DNA of 64,000 nucleotides from an uncultured Gammaproteobacteria bacterium (GTDB taxonomy: Bacteria; Pseudomonadota; Gammaproteobacteria; JABCZS01). Location: positions 6,475 through 70,474 of the forward strand of contig CAYMDW010000001.1 of NCBI GenBank assembly GCA_964389615.1, given 5' to 3'. A program made the translations under genes and the position numbers. The notes under the pieces were generated by a model. It was not told the origin of the DNA, ran no database searches, and was given only the letters and a program-made list of their open reading frames with translations. Every line of letters starts with the position of its first letter. Positions within the stretch are counted from its first letter, which is position 1. Below, piece after piece: positions 1 to 8,847 of this stretch.

Positions 1-330
1 CATCATTTCCTTAGGTTCTTTAACAGAAACCTCAAGCCCATAGCGTTGACCAATATAAGATTCGATGCATTCTTTCATTTGGGTTAAATGTGAAGGCTGA
101 AAATTCGCCCCTCCCGCAAAATCAAGATCTTCACTCAAGCGCTGCCCCCCATAGCAGAGGCGTAATGCCGTTCCGCCTTGAAAGGTAATCGTATCGAGAA
201 GATTTTCTTTGTCCAGTGCGAACAAAATATCGTAATGCAGCAGCTCCTTTTCAACGACAGGCCTCATCGTTGAAAGCGCGGTTTGTTGCATGGCTTTTTC
301 TACCAGCGTATTAAAATTTTCAATCGACAT
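1..330 (-). CDS. AbiEii/AbiGii-family nucleotidyltransferase toxin, N-terminal ~110 codons; gene runs off the window start
   Basis: Minus-strand translation from ATG at 330 reads MSIENFNTLVEKAMQQTALSTMRPVVEKELLHYDILFALDKENLLDTITFQGGTALRLCYGGQRLSEDLDFAGG. The GGTALRLCY..SEDLDF motif is characteristic of AbiEii (DUF1814). The start overlaps the upstream AbiEi stop by 11 nt (ATGTCGATTGA). Confidence 0.6.
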   Translation of the reverse strand, partial: MSIENFNTLVEKAMQQTALSTMRPVVEKELLHYDILFALDKENLLDTITFQGGTALRLCYGGQRLSEDLDFAGGANFQPSHLTQMKECIESYIGQRYGLEVSVKEPKEMM

Positions 331-859
331 CCATCACCTCGGTATCCACCATATTGATATTTCGCCCCACTCGTTTCAAGTCACGCCAAGCAGCAGCTTT
401 TGTCGCAATACGCAAAGGCCGTTTGGGAACGATACGAATATTTTCTAGAATATCTGCGGTGGACCGTCGTGTATGGGTAAACTCAATGGTTCCATAGGGG
501 GTATGGTAAAGCCCCTCTCGGCCTGTGGTCATCACGGTCAATCTATCAATCAAAAGTTGAGAAATCCCGCCGTATTCCCCAAGCATGGACTCAAGACTGA
601 CGTAATTAAATTCACCTCGGCGCAACGACTTAGCGATTTGTTCGAGAATCCAGGCATCTTTAGATAAGGCATAAGGGTTCACATAGACCCCTCGACAAGC
701 ATGGATGAGCAGGCCAGCCTTCACCAAACGGGCTAGGCCCTCACTGAAAGCCTTAGGTTTATCTTCAGGGAAGAGCTTACGAAGATCCCCGTGATTAAAC
801 ACATAGCGCCCCTGCTGATCCCAGCTTCGAAGTGCTTGAATTGCATCAATCTTATTCAT
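320..859 (-). CDS. AbiEi-family antitoxin / transcriptional autoregulator (type IV TA / abortive-infection module)
   Basis: ~180 aa with an N-terminal wHTH-like region (AIQALRSWDQQGRYVFNHGDLRKLF...LARLVKAGLLIHACRGVYVN) in the size and partner context typical of AbiEi. The track ORF begins at 919, but the ATG at 859 (MNKIDAIQ) sits behind a sigma70-like promoter, so I take 859 as the start. Confidence 0.55.
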   Translation of the reverse strand: MNKIDAIQALRSWDQQGRYVFNHGDLRKLFPEDKPKAFSEGLARLVKAGLLIHACRGVYVNPYALSKDAWILEQIAKSLRRGEFNYVSLESMLGEYGGISQLLIDRLTVMTTGREGLYHTPYGTIEFTHTRRSTADILENIRIVPKRPLRIATKAAAWRDLKRVGRNINMVDTEVMDVD

Positions 860-919
860 GTATACACCTATACCATGAAAATATAGGATAATTGTATACT
901 TAAATAAGGGAAAAGTCAA
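859..919 (-). promoter_or_regulatory. sigma70-like promoter with two TGTATAC(A) palindromes as candidate AbiEi autoregulatory operator
   Basis: Minus-strand read: TTGACT (919-914), 17 nt spacer, TACAAT (896-891). The palindrome TGTATACA lies at 859-866 (overlapping the ATG) and TGTATACT at 893-900 (overlapping the -10 box). An inner CCTATA/TATAGG inverted repeat lies between them. Confidence 0.4.
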
Positions 920-932
920 ATAGTGCCCTCTC

Positions 933-2282
933 TTAAGGTTGAGTCATCGGTCCTGTGGGGCTGGGGGATAAATTGATTGTGAGCTGGGTGTTGATCACAT
1001 CGCCATACAAATGCCCTGTCCCCACGTTGTGGACGGTGGAATCAGAATCGTAGGTGTCGATGTTTTCTTCTTGGAAGAAGGAATGCGAATAGCCGAGTTC
1101 TAAGCGCACCACATTATTGAATTGGTATCCCCCGCTGAAGCCCAGGACCCAGACATCGGAATCTGGGAATTCAACGCCACGATACTCATCACTCATCGGC
1201 GTTTCGTCAAAACGGAAGCCGACGCCTAAATAAAGTTTGGGATTGAAGTGATAATAGGTGGCGGCGGCCACCGTCCAAGCGTTGGAATAATCTTGAGGAA
1301 TCGTTTTATCGCCCCCAGGCACGTTCACCACATTCGTCATTTTGATGGAATCATAGACATTCCATTGGGTGTATTCTACGGTTCCTAGGACATCCCATTT
1401 CTCATCGACCTTATGAAATACCGACAGGGTGTAGACGGGGGGGAGATCAAGAGCCACCGTGAAACTTCGGTTGGTAATTTCAGGCCCAAATATCGGTGCA
1501 GTCGGATTGACCGCCGCTGTTGCATAACTTTTTCCGCTCGCATCATGACTGATCTGAGAGCGATAATTGAAACCCACGCGCGATTGTTCTTCATTGAATT
1601 GATAAAGCACCCCACCGTGCCAACCGAACTGCCAATCATTGGCCTCATTTTTGGTATAAAGCGATGGCTGAATGAGCAGAGGCATGGGGAAAATATTTTC
1701 AGCGATAAAATCCAGGCGTTGCACATCAAAGCCCGCACCAATCGACCATTGTTTGTTGATCGCATAGCCCAATGAATTGGCGATGTTCCAGGTGATCAAA
1801 GTGGCTTCGGTGACTGTCGTATTCACAATCGAATTTTCAGGAAAGTTAACACTTTGACCAAAGGGGTTATTGAAGCTAAAACCGTAGACCAAAAAATCGC
1901 GAAGAGGATAAGAATAATGAATCGCCAACAAAGGGGCATTGAGTTTACCGTTGGCCTCGCCACTGCGTGTTGAGGGCTTCAGCTCGCTCCCCGCATAACT
2001 TTCCACCGTCACGGTCCCATCAAATTCAGTGCTGGTGAAAGCAGGATTGACTGCGACCACCAATTCGGGATTCTGCAATCTGACCAGGCCGGCAGGGTTG
2101 GTGATCCCGGTCGAGGCGTCGATCGCCAAAGCCGCGCCGCCTGCAGCCCCTGGGGTACCCAAGCCGTTATCAATAGGAACGCGAAGTCCAGCAGCGTGTA
2201 AAACCAGCGGATTCGCCAAACCCAGCGTCGTAAACATGATGGCACAATGTGAGCGCAATCCTTGCATGGTGAGTTCCTTCAT
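933..2282 (-). CDS. FadL/OmpP1/TodX-family outer-membrane transporter for hydrophobic compounds
   Basis: 449 aa with a signal-peptide-like N-terminus. Blocks resemble E. coli FadL: WHGGVLYQF~WNAGILYEL, RVGFNYRS~RYALTYRS, LGVGFRFDETPM~RTGIAFDDSPVP. Confidence 0.6.
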   Translation of the reverse strand: MKELTMQGLRSHCAIMFTTLGLANPLVLHAAGLRVPIDNGLGTPGAAGGAALAIDASTGITNPAGLVRLQNPELVVAVNPAFTSTEFDGTVTVESYAGSELKPSTRSGEANGKLNAPLLAIHYSYPLRDFLVYGFSFNNPFGQSVNFPENSIVNTTVTEATLITWNIANSLGYAINKQWSIGAGFDVQRLDFIAENIFPMPLLIQPSLYTKNEANDWQFGWHGGVLYQFNEEQSRVGFNYRSQISHDASGKSYATAAVNPTAPIFGPEITNRSFTVALDLPPVYTLSVFHKVDEKWDVLGTVEYTQWNVYDSIKMTNVVNVPGGDKTIPQDYSNAWTVAAATYYHFNPKLYLGVGFRFDETPMSDEYRGVEFPDSDVWVLGFSGGYQFNNVVRLELGYSHSFFQEENIDTYDSDSTVHNVGTGHLYGDVINTQLTINLSPSPTGPMTQP

Positions 2283-2336
2283 TCAGATCATGTTATAGTG
2301 CACTATATTCCACCCCCTGTAAAGTGAGAGGCCTCT

Positions 2337-3008
2337 ATGAGCTGGGAAAATCGGCTGAAAATCGAGTACGAACAAGTCTATTTCAAGCGATTGAAGGAAT
2401 TTTTAAAGAAAGAACAGGAATCCGGTTATACAGTCTACCCTGAAAAAACCCATATTCTGAATGCATTCCGACTCACAGAATTTGAAGACACTCGGGTCGT
2501 CATCCTAGGACAGGATCCCTATCATGGCCCAGGCCAAGCCATGGGGCTGGCTTTTTCAGTGCCCAAAGGGATCCCTTTCCCGCCCTCCTTGCGCAATATT
2601 TTTCAAGAATTAAACACCGATTTGAATATTGAAATCCCCAAGAGCGGCGATCTCACGCCCTGGGCAAAACAAGGCGTCTTATTGCTCAACACGGTGCTGA
2701 CCGTGCGTGCGGGGCAAGCCCATTCCCATGCAGAGCAGGGTTGGGAAGCCTTTACTGACAAAGCGATCCGCTTACTGAATGAGGAATCAAAACATCCCGT
2801 GATTTTTTTACTCTGGGGAGCACATGCAAATCGCAAGGCCAAGCTCATCACAAACAAACAACACCTGATCTTGTCAGCCCCCCACCCCTCCCCTCTGTCC
2901 TCCTATCGTGGTTTTTTCGGATGCAAACATTTTTCCAAGGTGAATGAATTATTGAAGGCTCGCGGTTCCAAGGAGATCAACTGGGATCTTGAACAACAGC
3001 ATAAATGA
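2337..3008 (+). CDS. ung: uracil-DNA glycosylase (family 1)
   Basis: GQDPYH motif, HPSPLS motif, 223 aa. Confidence 0.9.
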   Translation: MSWENRLKIEYEQVYFKRLKEFLKKEQESGYTVYPEKTHILNAFRLTEFEDTRVVILGQDPYHGPGQAMGLAFSVPKGIPFPPSLRNIFQELNTDLNIEIPKSGDLTPWAKQGVLLLNTVLTVRAGQAHSHAEQGWEAFTDKAIRLLNEESKHPVIFLLWGAHANRKAKLITNKQHLILSAPHPSPLSSYRGFFGCKHFSKVNELLKARGSKEINWDLEQQHK

Positions 3009-3042
3009 GAATACTATTCGAGGAGTTTGTTAACAGGGAATT

Positions 3043-4263
3043 TTGCAGATGAAGGTACTTATTCTGGGCGCAGATGGATTTTGTGGTTGGCCCACTGCAT
3101 TGCATCTTTCACATTTAGGGTGCGAAGTGATTATCGTTGATAATCTTTCGAGACGAAACATCGATAATGAGCTTGAGACCTCTTCACTCACGCCGATTAA
3201 ATCCATGGGCGAGCGGATCCGTGCCTGGAAAGCCTTGACGGGTCGAACCCTCACCTTTCATAACATCGACATTGCCCAAGACTATTCATCCCTTCTTCAG
3301 CTTTTAGTCAACCAACGTCCAAATGCGATCGTTCATTTCGCAGAACAGCGCGCTGCGCCTTATTCCATGAAAAGTGCCAAGCACAAATGCTACACCGTGT
3401 TTAATAACCTCAACGCCACCCATAATCTCTTGGCTGCGCTCGTCGAAGCTAACCTTGATTCCCATCTGGTTCATTTGGGCACCATGGGGGTTTACGGCTA
3501 CGGCACTGCTGGATTAAAAATTCCAGAAGGGTATTTAAAGATCAAGGTGGAGACAGACGAGGGAGAAGCACTGTCACAAGACATTCTCTATCCGGCTAAT
3601 CCAGGCAGCATTTACCATTTAACCAAAACACAGGATCAGATGTTTTTTGCGTATTACAATAAAAACGATAAGATCCGAATCACCGATTTACACCAAGGCA
3701 TTGTTTGGGGCACTCAAACGGAAGAAACGCGCCGAGACGAGGCCTTAATCAACCGTTTCGATTACGACGGGGACTATGGCACCGTACTGAATCGATTTCT
3801 GATGCAAGCGGCCATCGATTACCCGCTCACCGTACACGGCACCGGGGGTCAAACCCGCGCCTTCATCAATATTCAGGACACGGTGCGATGCATCCAGCTG
3901 GCGATTCTTCATCCTCCCGCCAAAGGGGAACGCGTGAAAATCATGAATCAAATGACCGAAACCCACCGCGTGATTGATCTGGCCAAGCTCATTTCCAAGC
4001 TCACCGGTGTTCCGATCCAACACATCGCTAATCCTCGCGTTGAGGCAGAATCCAATGAGCTTCACGTAGAAAATTCTACCCTGCTCTCTTTAGGGTTAAA
4101 ACCGATCACGATTGAAAATGATTTGCTGTTTGAAATCAAAGAAATCGTCGAGAAATACGCGCATCGCGTCGACCTGAGCAAGATCCCCTGCAGCTCGACC
4201 TGGCGCCCTGAGCTCAAGGTCGAACGCACAGCAAGCCATGAGGCGATTTGCCTTGCAGAATGA
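3043..4263 (+). CDS. sqdB: UDP-sulfoquinovose synthase-like SDR (SQD1/SqdB family)
   Basis: N-terminal GADGFCGWPTALHLS...VIIVDNLSRR...LTPIKSMGERIRAWKALTG and FAEQRAAPYSM closely track plant SQD1 (GGDGYCGWATALHLS...CIVDNLVRR...LTPIASIHDRISRWKALTG, FGEQRSAPYSM). Length 406 aa is typical of SQD1/SqdB and longer than GalE-type epimerases. Confidence 0.75.
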   Translation: MQMKVLILGADGFCGWPTALHLSHLGCEVIIVDNLSRRNIDNELETSSLTPIKSMGERIRAWKALTGRTLTFHNIDIAQDYSSLLQLLVNQRPNAIVHFAEQRAAPYSMKSAKHKCYTVFNNLNATHNLLAALVEANLDSHLVHLGTMGVYGYGTAGLKIPEGYLKIKVETDEGEALSQDILYPANPGSIYHLTKTQDQMFFAYYNKNDKIRITDLHQGIVWGTQTEETRRDEALINRFDYDGDYGTVLNRFLMQAAIDYPLTVHGTGGQTRAFINIQDTVRCIQLAILHPPAKGERVKIMNQMTETHRVIDLAKLISKLTGVPIQHIANPRVEAESNELHVENSTLLSLGLKPITIENDLLFEIKEIVEKYAHRVDLSKIPCSSTWRPELKVERTASHEAICLAE

Positions 4264-5353
4264 ACCCAAGGTCATCGGCTTGATCCAAGCCTACAATGAG
4301 GGCCCCTTGTTGGCCCTCAGCATTTCTCATGCCCTGCATTACCACGTGGATGAAGTGTTTCTGTTGAACCATTTTCGTGATAATCAAGGTTTTGCCCAAA
4401 CCAGGGCCTTAAAAAAATTATGGGGCGACCGACTCCATCTGATTGATTATTTCAAGAATGAGTATTATCAAGAAGCGCAGACCAATGCCCTGATTGAAAT
4501 CAGCAAAGCAGCTTCCCCTGACTGGATCTGGGTGCTTGATGCCGATGAATTTTTGTTATGCCCTGCACATCAATCGCTTAAAAAAATCTTGAGTGAAGTT
4601 GACTCTCAATGCATCGCTGTTCGTTATGAGCTCAAAAACTGGGTATCACAAAACGATTTCGATGAAAATCAACTGAGCCAATATTTGAGACTAGAAGACA
4701 GATCCCTCGCGAATAAGCATTATGCAAACCTATGGTCAAAAACCATGCATGATGAAATCGTCCGCGGGAAGCTGAATTTCTATGACATTCCTTTCAATTC
4801 AAAAGTGATATTCAGAGGCAATATTCCAGAAATATGGTTGGCGACCGGTGCACACACGCTTCTTAGCCCAAATCCTGCGAATGAAATACTGACTGATCAA
4901 TTGGAAGTGGCCCATTTCCCTTTTCTCAGTAAAAATCGTCTCGCCAGCCGGGTGAGCCGTAAAAAACAGCTGACCAATCAAGGCTTTTCTCCTATGCAAG
5001 GCTGGCAAAGCCAGATGATTGCAACCTTTCATCACGAAAATCGTCTCGATGACTTCTGGAACGCACATTCGATCTCCAAGAATCCTGCCATCGGCAAAAA
5101 ACCGAGCACTGTAAAAGATCAGCGCTTTATCCAAAGCATTCAACCGATTATTGCATTATTGGAAAATACACTTGAAAGTCCTGAGCACTTCCCCAGTTCA
5201 GGCGAAGACACCCAGGTTTCCTTTGATGTGATGGTTCAGTCTTACAAGAAATTTAAACTCATGTCCCCTGCCCTGCAAGTTAAGCGCAATTGGTGGCGCT
5301 TGCTGAGGCCCACGGCCTTGTGGGCACTCGCACGGGTGAAGCTCTTTAATTGA
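4238..5353 (+). CDS. glycosyltransferase, GT-A fold (GT2/GT92-like) with a DxD motif
   Basis: VIGLIQAYNEGPLLALSISHALHYHVDEVFLLNHF...WIWVLDADEFL fits a GT-A Rossmann-like N-terminus with DADE as the DxD motif. The ORF overlaps the sqdB 3' end by ~26 nt, implying co-transcription and coupling. Confidence 0.45.
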   Translation: MRRFALQNEPKVIGLIQAYNEGPLLALSISHALHYHVDEVFLLNHFRDNQGFAQTRALKKLWGDRLHLIDYFKNEYYQEAQTNALIEISKAASPDWIWVLDADEFLLCPAHQSLKKILSEVDSQCIAVRYELKNWVSQNDFDENQLSQYLRLEDRSLANKHYANLWSKTMHDEIVRGKLNFYDIPFNSKVIFRGNIPEIWLATGAHTLLSPNPANEILTDQLEVAHFPFLSKNRLASRVSRKKQLTNQGFSPMQGWQSQMIATFHHENRLDDFWNAHSISKNPAIGKKPSTVKDQRFIQSIQPIIALLENTLESPEHFPSSGEDTQVSFDVMVQSYKKFKLMSPALQVKRNWWRLLRPTALWALARVKLFN

Positions 5354-6050
5354 TTGCATACACCATGTTAACGGTACTGCTGACTGTCAGCTCCCCTGGC
5401 ATCACCTGAGAAGCGGTACCCCGGGCATCCATGGCCATGGCCATTTCGCGGTAAACGGGGCCTGGGTTGCTCTCAAAGCTCGCGATTTCTTTAATCCCTT
5501 TGATCGTCACGCCCGCCGATTTCGCAATCACCTCTGCGGTCACTTTAGCCTGGGCAATGGCCTGTTCTAAAGCTTTTTTCTGGAGCGCTGCGATATCCGT
5601 GTGACCAAACCGTAAATTATCGATTTGATTAATTCCGGAATCAACCAGGGTATCCAGCAAGGAGCCAAAAGTATTCAGATTGTGGTATTCCACGGTGATT
5701 TGATTCGACACGCGATACCCTGTGATTTTGGTTTCACTGCTTTCACGGTCATGGAAATACACGGGAATGAGTTGGTATTGGCTGGTTTGCAAGGTATCGT
5801 TTTTGGCAAGTTTGGCTTGCAAGGCTTTAGTGACCTTTTCCATGCGCTTGGCATTGTCCTTCACTGCAGCATCCGCTGTTTTAGCCTGGCTTGTGACCGC
5901 AATGGTGATCGAGGCCATGTTGGGCTCCACCTTCACCTCGCCTGTCGAGGAAAGGCGAATTACATTGCCATCCAGATCATCCGCCAAAGCCAAGGGAGCG
6001 AAACCTAAGGCTAAGACCAGAGGGATTAAACGAAGGGATTGTTTTAACAT
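5346..6050 (-). CDS. SIMPL/DUF541 periplasmic protein (YggE-like oxidative-stress defence protein)
   Basis: Signal peptide MLKQSLRLIPLVLALGFAPLALA. The LRFGHTDIAALQKKALEQAIAQAKVTAEVIAKSAG block is typical of DUF541. Confidence 0.55.
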   Translation of the reverse strand: MLKQSLRLIPLVLALGFAPLALADDLDGNVIRLSSTGEVKVEPNMASITIAVTSQAKTADAAVKDNAKRMEKVTKALQAKLAKNDTLQTSQYQLIPVYFHDRESSETKITGYRVSNQITVEYHNLNTFGSLLDTLVDSGINQIDNLRFGHTDIAALQKKALEQAIAQAKVTAEVIAKSAGVTIKGIKEIASFESNPGPVYREMAMAMDARGTASQVMPGELTVSSTVNMVYAIN

Positions 6051-6099
6051 GATAGATAGGCTCCAAGGGGTAACAACCCCTGGAGCATATCACAACCGA

Positions 6100-8847
6100 T
6101 TACTGAGTCAAAGCCACCGTGCGCTTATCGAAAGAGGGCGTTTTGCCTTGGTGTGCAAAGGCATTTTTCTCTGCAATCATCCGGTGGGCGAAAGGTGGAA
6201 TCTTAATGCCCGAATTTTTGAGCTGATTGTAGAGCTCTGCCATTTCCACCTGGATCATGGTTTTTCGTTTAGGGTGTGTAGAGGATGTTTCGTCAAGCCA
6301 TTGCTGACGTGCTTCAATCGCCTCCATCACATCCGATCGCATTTTCTTTTCATGATCATCCTTCCAAGTCACCGCGTCTGCCTCGAAGCTCTTAAACATC
6401 GAATGCTCCGTTTGCGCACTGAAATCAACCCCTGGCCACTCTCGAATCGTCTGCTTCATCAGATGATTCAAGCCTTTGGTCAGGGTTTCTTCGTTGATCT
6501 TGAGGCTTGCAATCGTGCCCAATTGCAATAAAACTCCCTGATAAAATTTGATCTGAACGTCTTCGTCTTCGGCTATCTCGAGCAAATGCAAGGCCCCGTT
6601 ACGGATCACATTCAAGGTTGGATAATCGAAGAGTGAATTGACCAGCACACGAGCTCCCTTGAGGTTGATCTGCTCCGCGATGGCGGCGAGCTTGATCAGA
6701 TCGTGTTTCAACTCGAATAAATCGTTTGATATATTTTCCGGAGATTGATAAGGGGTAACCAGCGCCATCCATTCCAAAAGCAAGGCCTTGACCTGGTCAG
6801 CATCTTCTTTGCTTGAAAAGCCAATAAGAGGAGTTGAGCTGCTGCTGGATGAGGACGAGGAAGAGGACACAACCGGTGCCTTGACCTTGGCTTTTCCTTT
6901 TTCAATCGTATAAAGCGCTTTATTCAGTATCATCCGTTCATTTTCAGCGCGCTCTGCTTCTTCAGCTTTCCTTCGTGCTTCTTCAGCAAGACGCGCAGCT
7001 TCTTCTTGGGCAAGCTCTGCTGCTTTTGCATCTTCCAAGGCCTTGCGTGCTCGAACCGCGTCTTCCCCTTTTTCATAAATCTCGTCGAATTTTTTGACGA
7101 GATCCAAGTGAAAGTGGCCAGTGACACCCAATTTACCCAAGATATCTTTGGCTAAAAGTTTTTGATTGATCTCATGGCTTCCTTCAATGAAATAATCGAT
7201 CCCGCTTTGAAGAATTTTAGTGAGGGTGGTCTGACGCAAACCTGAGCCTTTGAATAATTTCTCAACACTGCCTTTATCACTTTTCAGTGATGATAGGGTT
7301 TTGTAAACCCGATTAAACACCTCTTCGAGGATCGCGTCCCGCTTAGCCTGCGCTTCTCTGATCTCTCTGCGTGCCTCAGCCTGTGCCTTCTCTTGCTGGT
7401 CGCGCGCTTCTCTGGCCTCTGCTTGCTTCTGTTCATAATCTTTCAGCGCTTCCAAACGTACTTTCTCTTGAGCAGCCAACACTTCGGGGTCAGAAGTCAC
7501 GATCTTGGAAACCTTGGCTTCGATTTTTTTATTACGCTTTGTCTCTTTCACTGTTACGTCGGGAGCAGGTTCTGGCGACTCGGGTTTTGTTTCATCAACC
7601 GGCAAATTCCCTTTCGTGAAATACCTCAGAATATTATCTAAGATTTCAACCTGATCTTGATACAGCCCACTTCTTTTGAGCAAGGAATGTATCAAAAGGA
7701 CGATGACGCCAAGTTTGAATGATCTCAAAGAGGAATACAGATCACCGGACAACTCTCTGGATTTCGCTTTGACTCTGTCCGCAAGATCTTTGGCCTTTTC
7801 ATCAATTTCCGATTGGAGTTCTTTGAACTCGTCTAGATCGAGTTCTCCCGCCGTATGTTGTGAATACAACTGCCTGTATTCGTCATCTAAAGAGCGACGC
7901 TCATCTCCAAATATTTTACCCGCAGACTCAAATCCCAGTGAATCCAAGAGCGCTTCAAAGCGCCCCAGAGAATGCTCATTCGCTTGAGAGAAATCATAAG
8001 AGGTGTCACGAAGCGCACGTTTGATGTAAGCCTCCACCAATTTTTTGGCGAGATTAAGGCTCGCATAACTCGCGTCAAGTTCAGCTCCAGAGCTGGCTTT
8101 TCTAATTCCTTCATGGAATTCCAGCATATTGGCAAAAACGCGACGGATGATTCGAGTGTCATGAAAATCAGCATTCATCAATCTTTCACGCTCAATCAAA
8201 TACACCACGAAATTATGGAGGTACCCTTCCACGACGAGCCTCTCAGGAATGTCCTTTTTCAATAATTGACTCAAAGAGTTAATATGCTTATCGGTGTAAT
8301 GGTAGAGTTTACCCTCTGTATCACTGAGAAGTTTGCTTGAAAAGCCCACCAAATCAGCAATCGCAAACAGCTCAAATTCCGTGAATGACTGGAGTTTCCC
8401 ATTATCTGATTTAAAACGAGTCAATGCACCAGATTGCTTGATGCGCGTGATGGATCTGATGTTATTTTTAATGGTGATCTCAAGGTACTTGTCATTCAAG
8501 GCATGCATGACCCTCATCGCTTTCTCTTCATTCGCTTCGAATTGTTCTTCACCCTTATCATCCTCAGACAAAAGCTTTTTCACGCCCTCTAAAAACAGCT
8601 CAGCAGGCGCTTCATCGAGCATGCCAACGTAAAATTTGTATTCGATTGAAGAAAAATCCACTGGAGCAAGGGGCTCAATCTCGGGGCTCGCATCAAAAAA
8701 CTCTCCTTGTCGAGTCAGCAACCCTCGTGGATGAGGTGCATTTTGTCCCCCCATGACCTGAGGCATCACGGCCGTGAGCGCCAAAAATCGTACCAATCCA
8801 TGGCTTAATCGTGTGAATAAACTGGGCGCTTTTTTTACCTTTTTCAT
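6100..8847 (-). CDS. large (915 aa) coiled-coil protein with a poly-Ser tract, paralog A; effector-like, function unknown
   Basis: Long ORF. K/E/A-rich heptad-like stretches (AEEARRKAEEAERAENER), an 11-Ser tract, and a C-terminal ~415 aa nearly identical to the downstream paralog. Confidence 0.5.
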   Translation of the reverse strand: MKKVKKAPSLFTRLSHGLVRFLALTAVMPQVMGGQNAPHPRGLLTRQGEFFDASPEIEPLAPVDFSSIEYKFYVGMLDEAPAELFLEGVKKLLSEDDKGEEQFEANEEKAMRVMHALNDKYLEITIKNNIRSITRIKQSGALTRFKSDNGKLQSFTEFELFAIADLVGFSSKLLSDTEGKLYHYTDKHINSLSQLLKKDIPERLVVEGYLHNFVVYLIERERLMNADFHDTRIIRRVFANMLEFHEGIRKASSGAELDASYASLNLAKKLVEAYIKRALRDTSYDFSQANEHSLGRFEALLDSLGFESAGKIFGDERRSLDDEYRQLYSQHTAGELDLDEFKELQSEIDEKAKDLADRVKAKSRELSGDLYSSLRSFKLGVIVLLIHSLLKRSGLYQDQVEILDNILRYFTKGNLPVDETKPESPEPAPDVTVKETKRNKKIEAKVSKIVTSDPEVLAAQEKVRLEALKDYEQKQAEAREARDQQEKAQAEARREIREAQAKRDAILEEVFNRVYKTLSSLKSDKGSVEKLFKGSGLRQTTLTKILQSGIDYFIEGSHEINQKLLAKDILGKLGVTGHFHLDLVKKFDEIYEKGEDAVRARKALEDAKAAELAQEEAARLAEEARRKAEEAERAENERMILNKALYTIEKGKAKVKAPVVSSSSSSSSSSSTPLIGFSSKEDADQVKALLLEWMALVTPYQSPENISNDLFELKHDLIKLAAIAEQINLKGARVLVNSLFDYPTLNVIRNGALHLLEIAEDEDVQIKFYQGVLLQLGTIASLKINEETLTKGLNHLMKQTIREWPGVDFSAQTEHSMFKSFEADAVTWKDDHEKKMRSDVMEAIEARQQWLDETSSTHPKRKTMIQVEMAELYNQLKNSGIKIPPFAHRMIAEKNAFAHQGKTPSFDKRTVALTQ
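6160..7345. repeat. direct repeat copy 1 (~1.2 kb), shared 3' coding module of the paralog pair
   Basis: By-eye alignment of 6241-6720 with 8990-9470 shows roughly nine in ten positions identical. Similarity decays near 7340 / 10100. Confidence 0.6.

Noticed and set aside
473-667. 64 aa plus-strand ORF inside the AbiEi gene
   Set aside because: Antisense shadow ORF fully contained in a longer ORF with a recognisable family. No RBS or context.
1385-2298. Several 78-126 aa ORFs on both strands within the FadL-family gene (1385-1765, 1413-1775, 2009-2245, 2029-2298)
   Set aside because: All are nested in or antisense to a 449 aa ORF with homology support. Typical shadow ORFs.
5722-6531. 269 aa plus-strand ORF spanning the SIMPL gene and the end of paralog A, and its twin 8880-9281
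   Set aside because: Antisense to two different homology-supported minus-strand genes and crossing their intergenic gap. It recurs only because the underlying DNA is the direct repeat.
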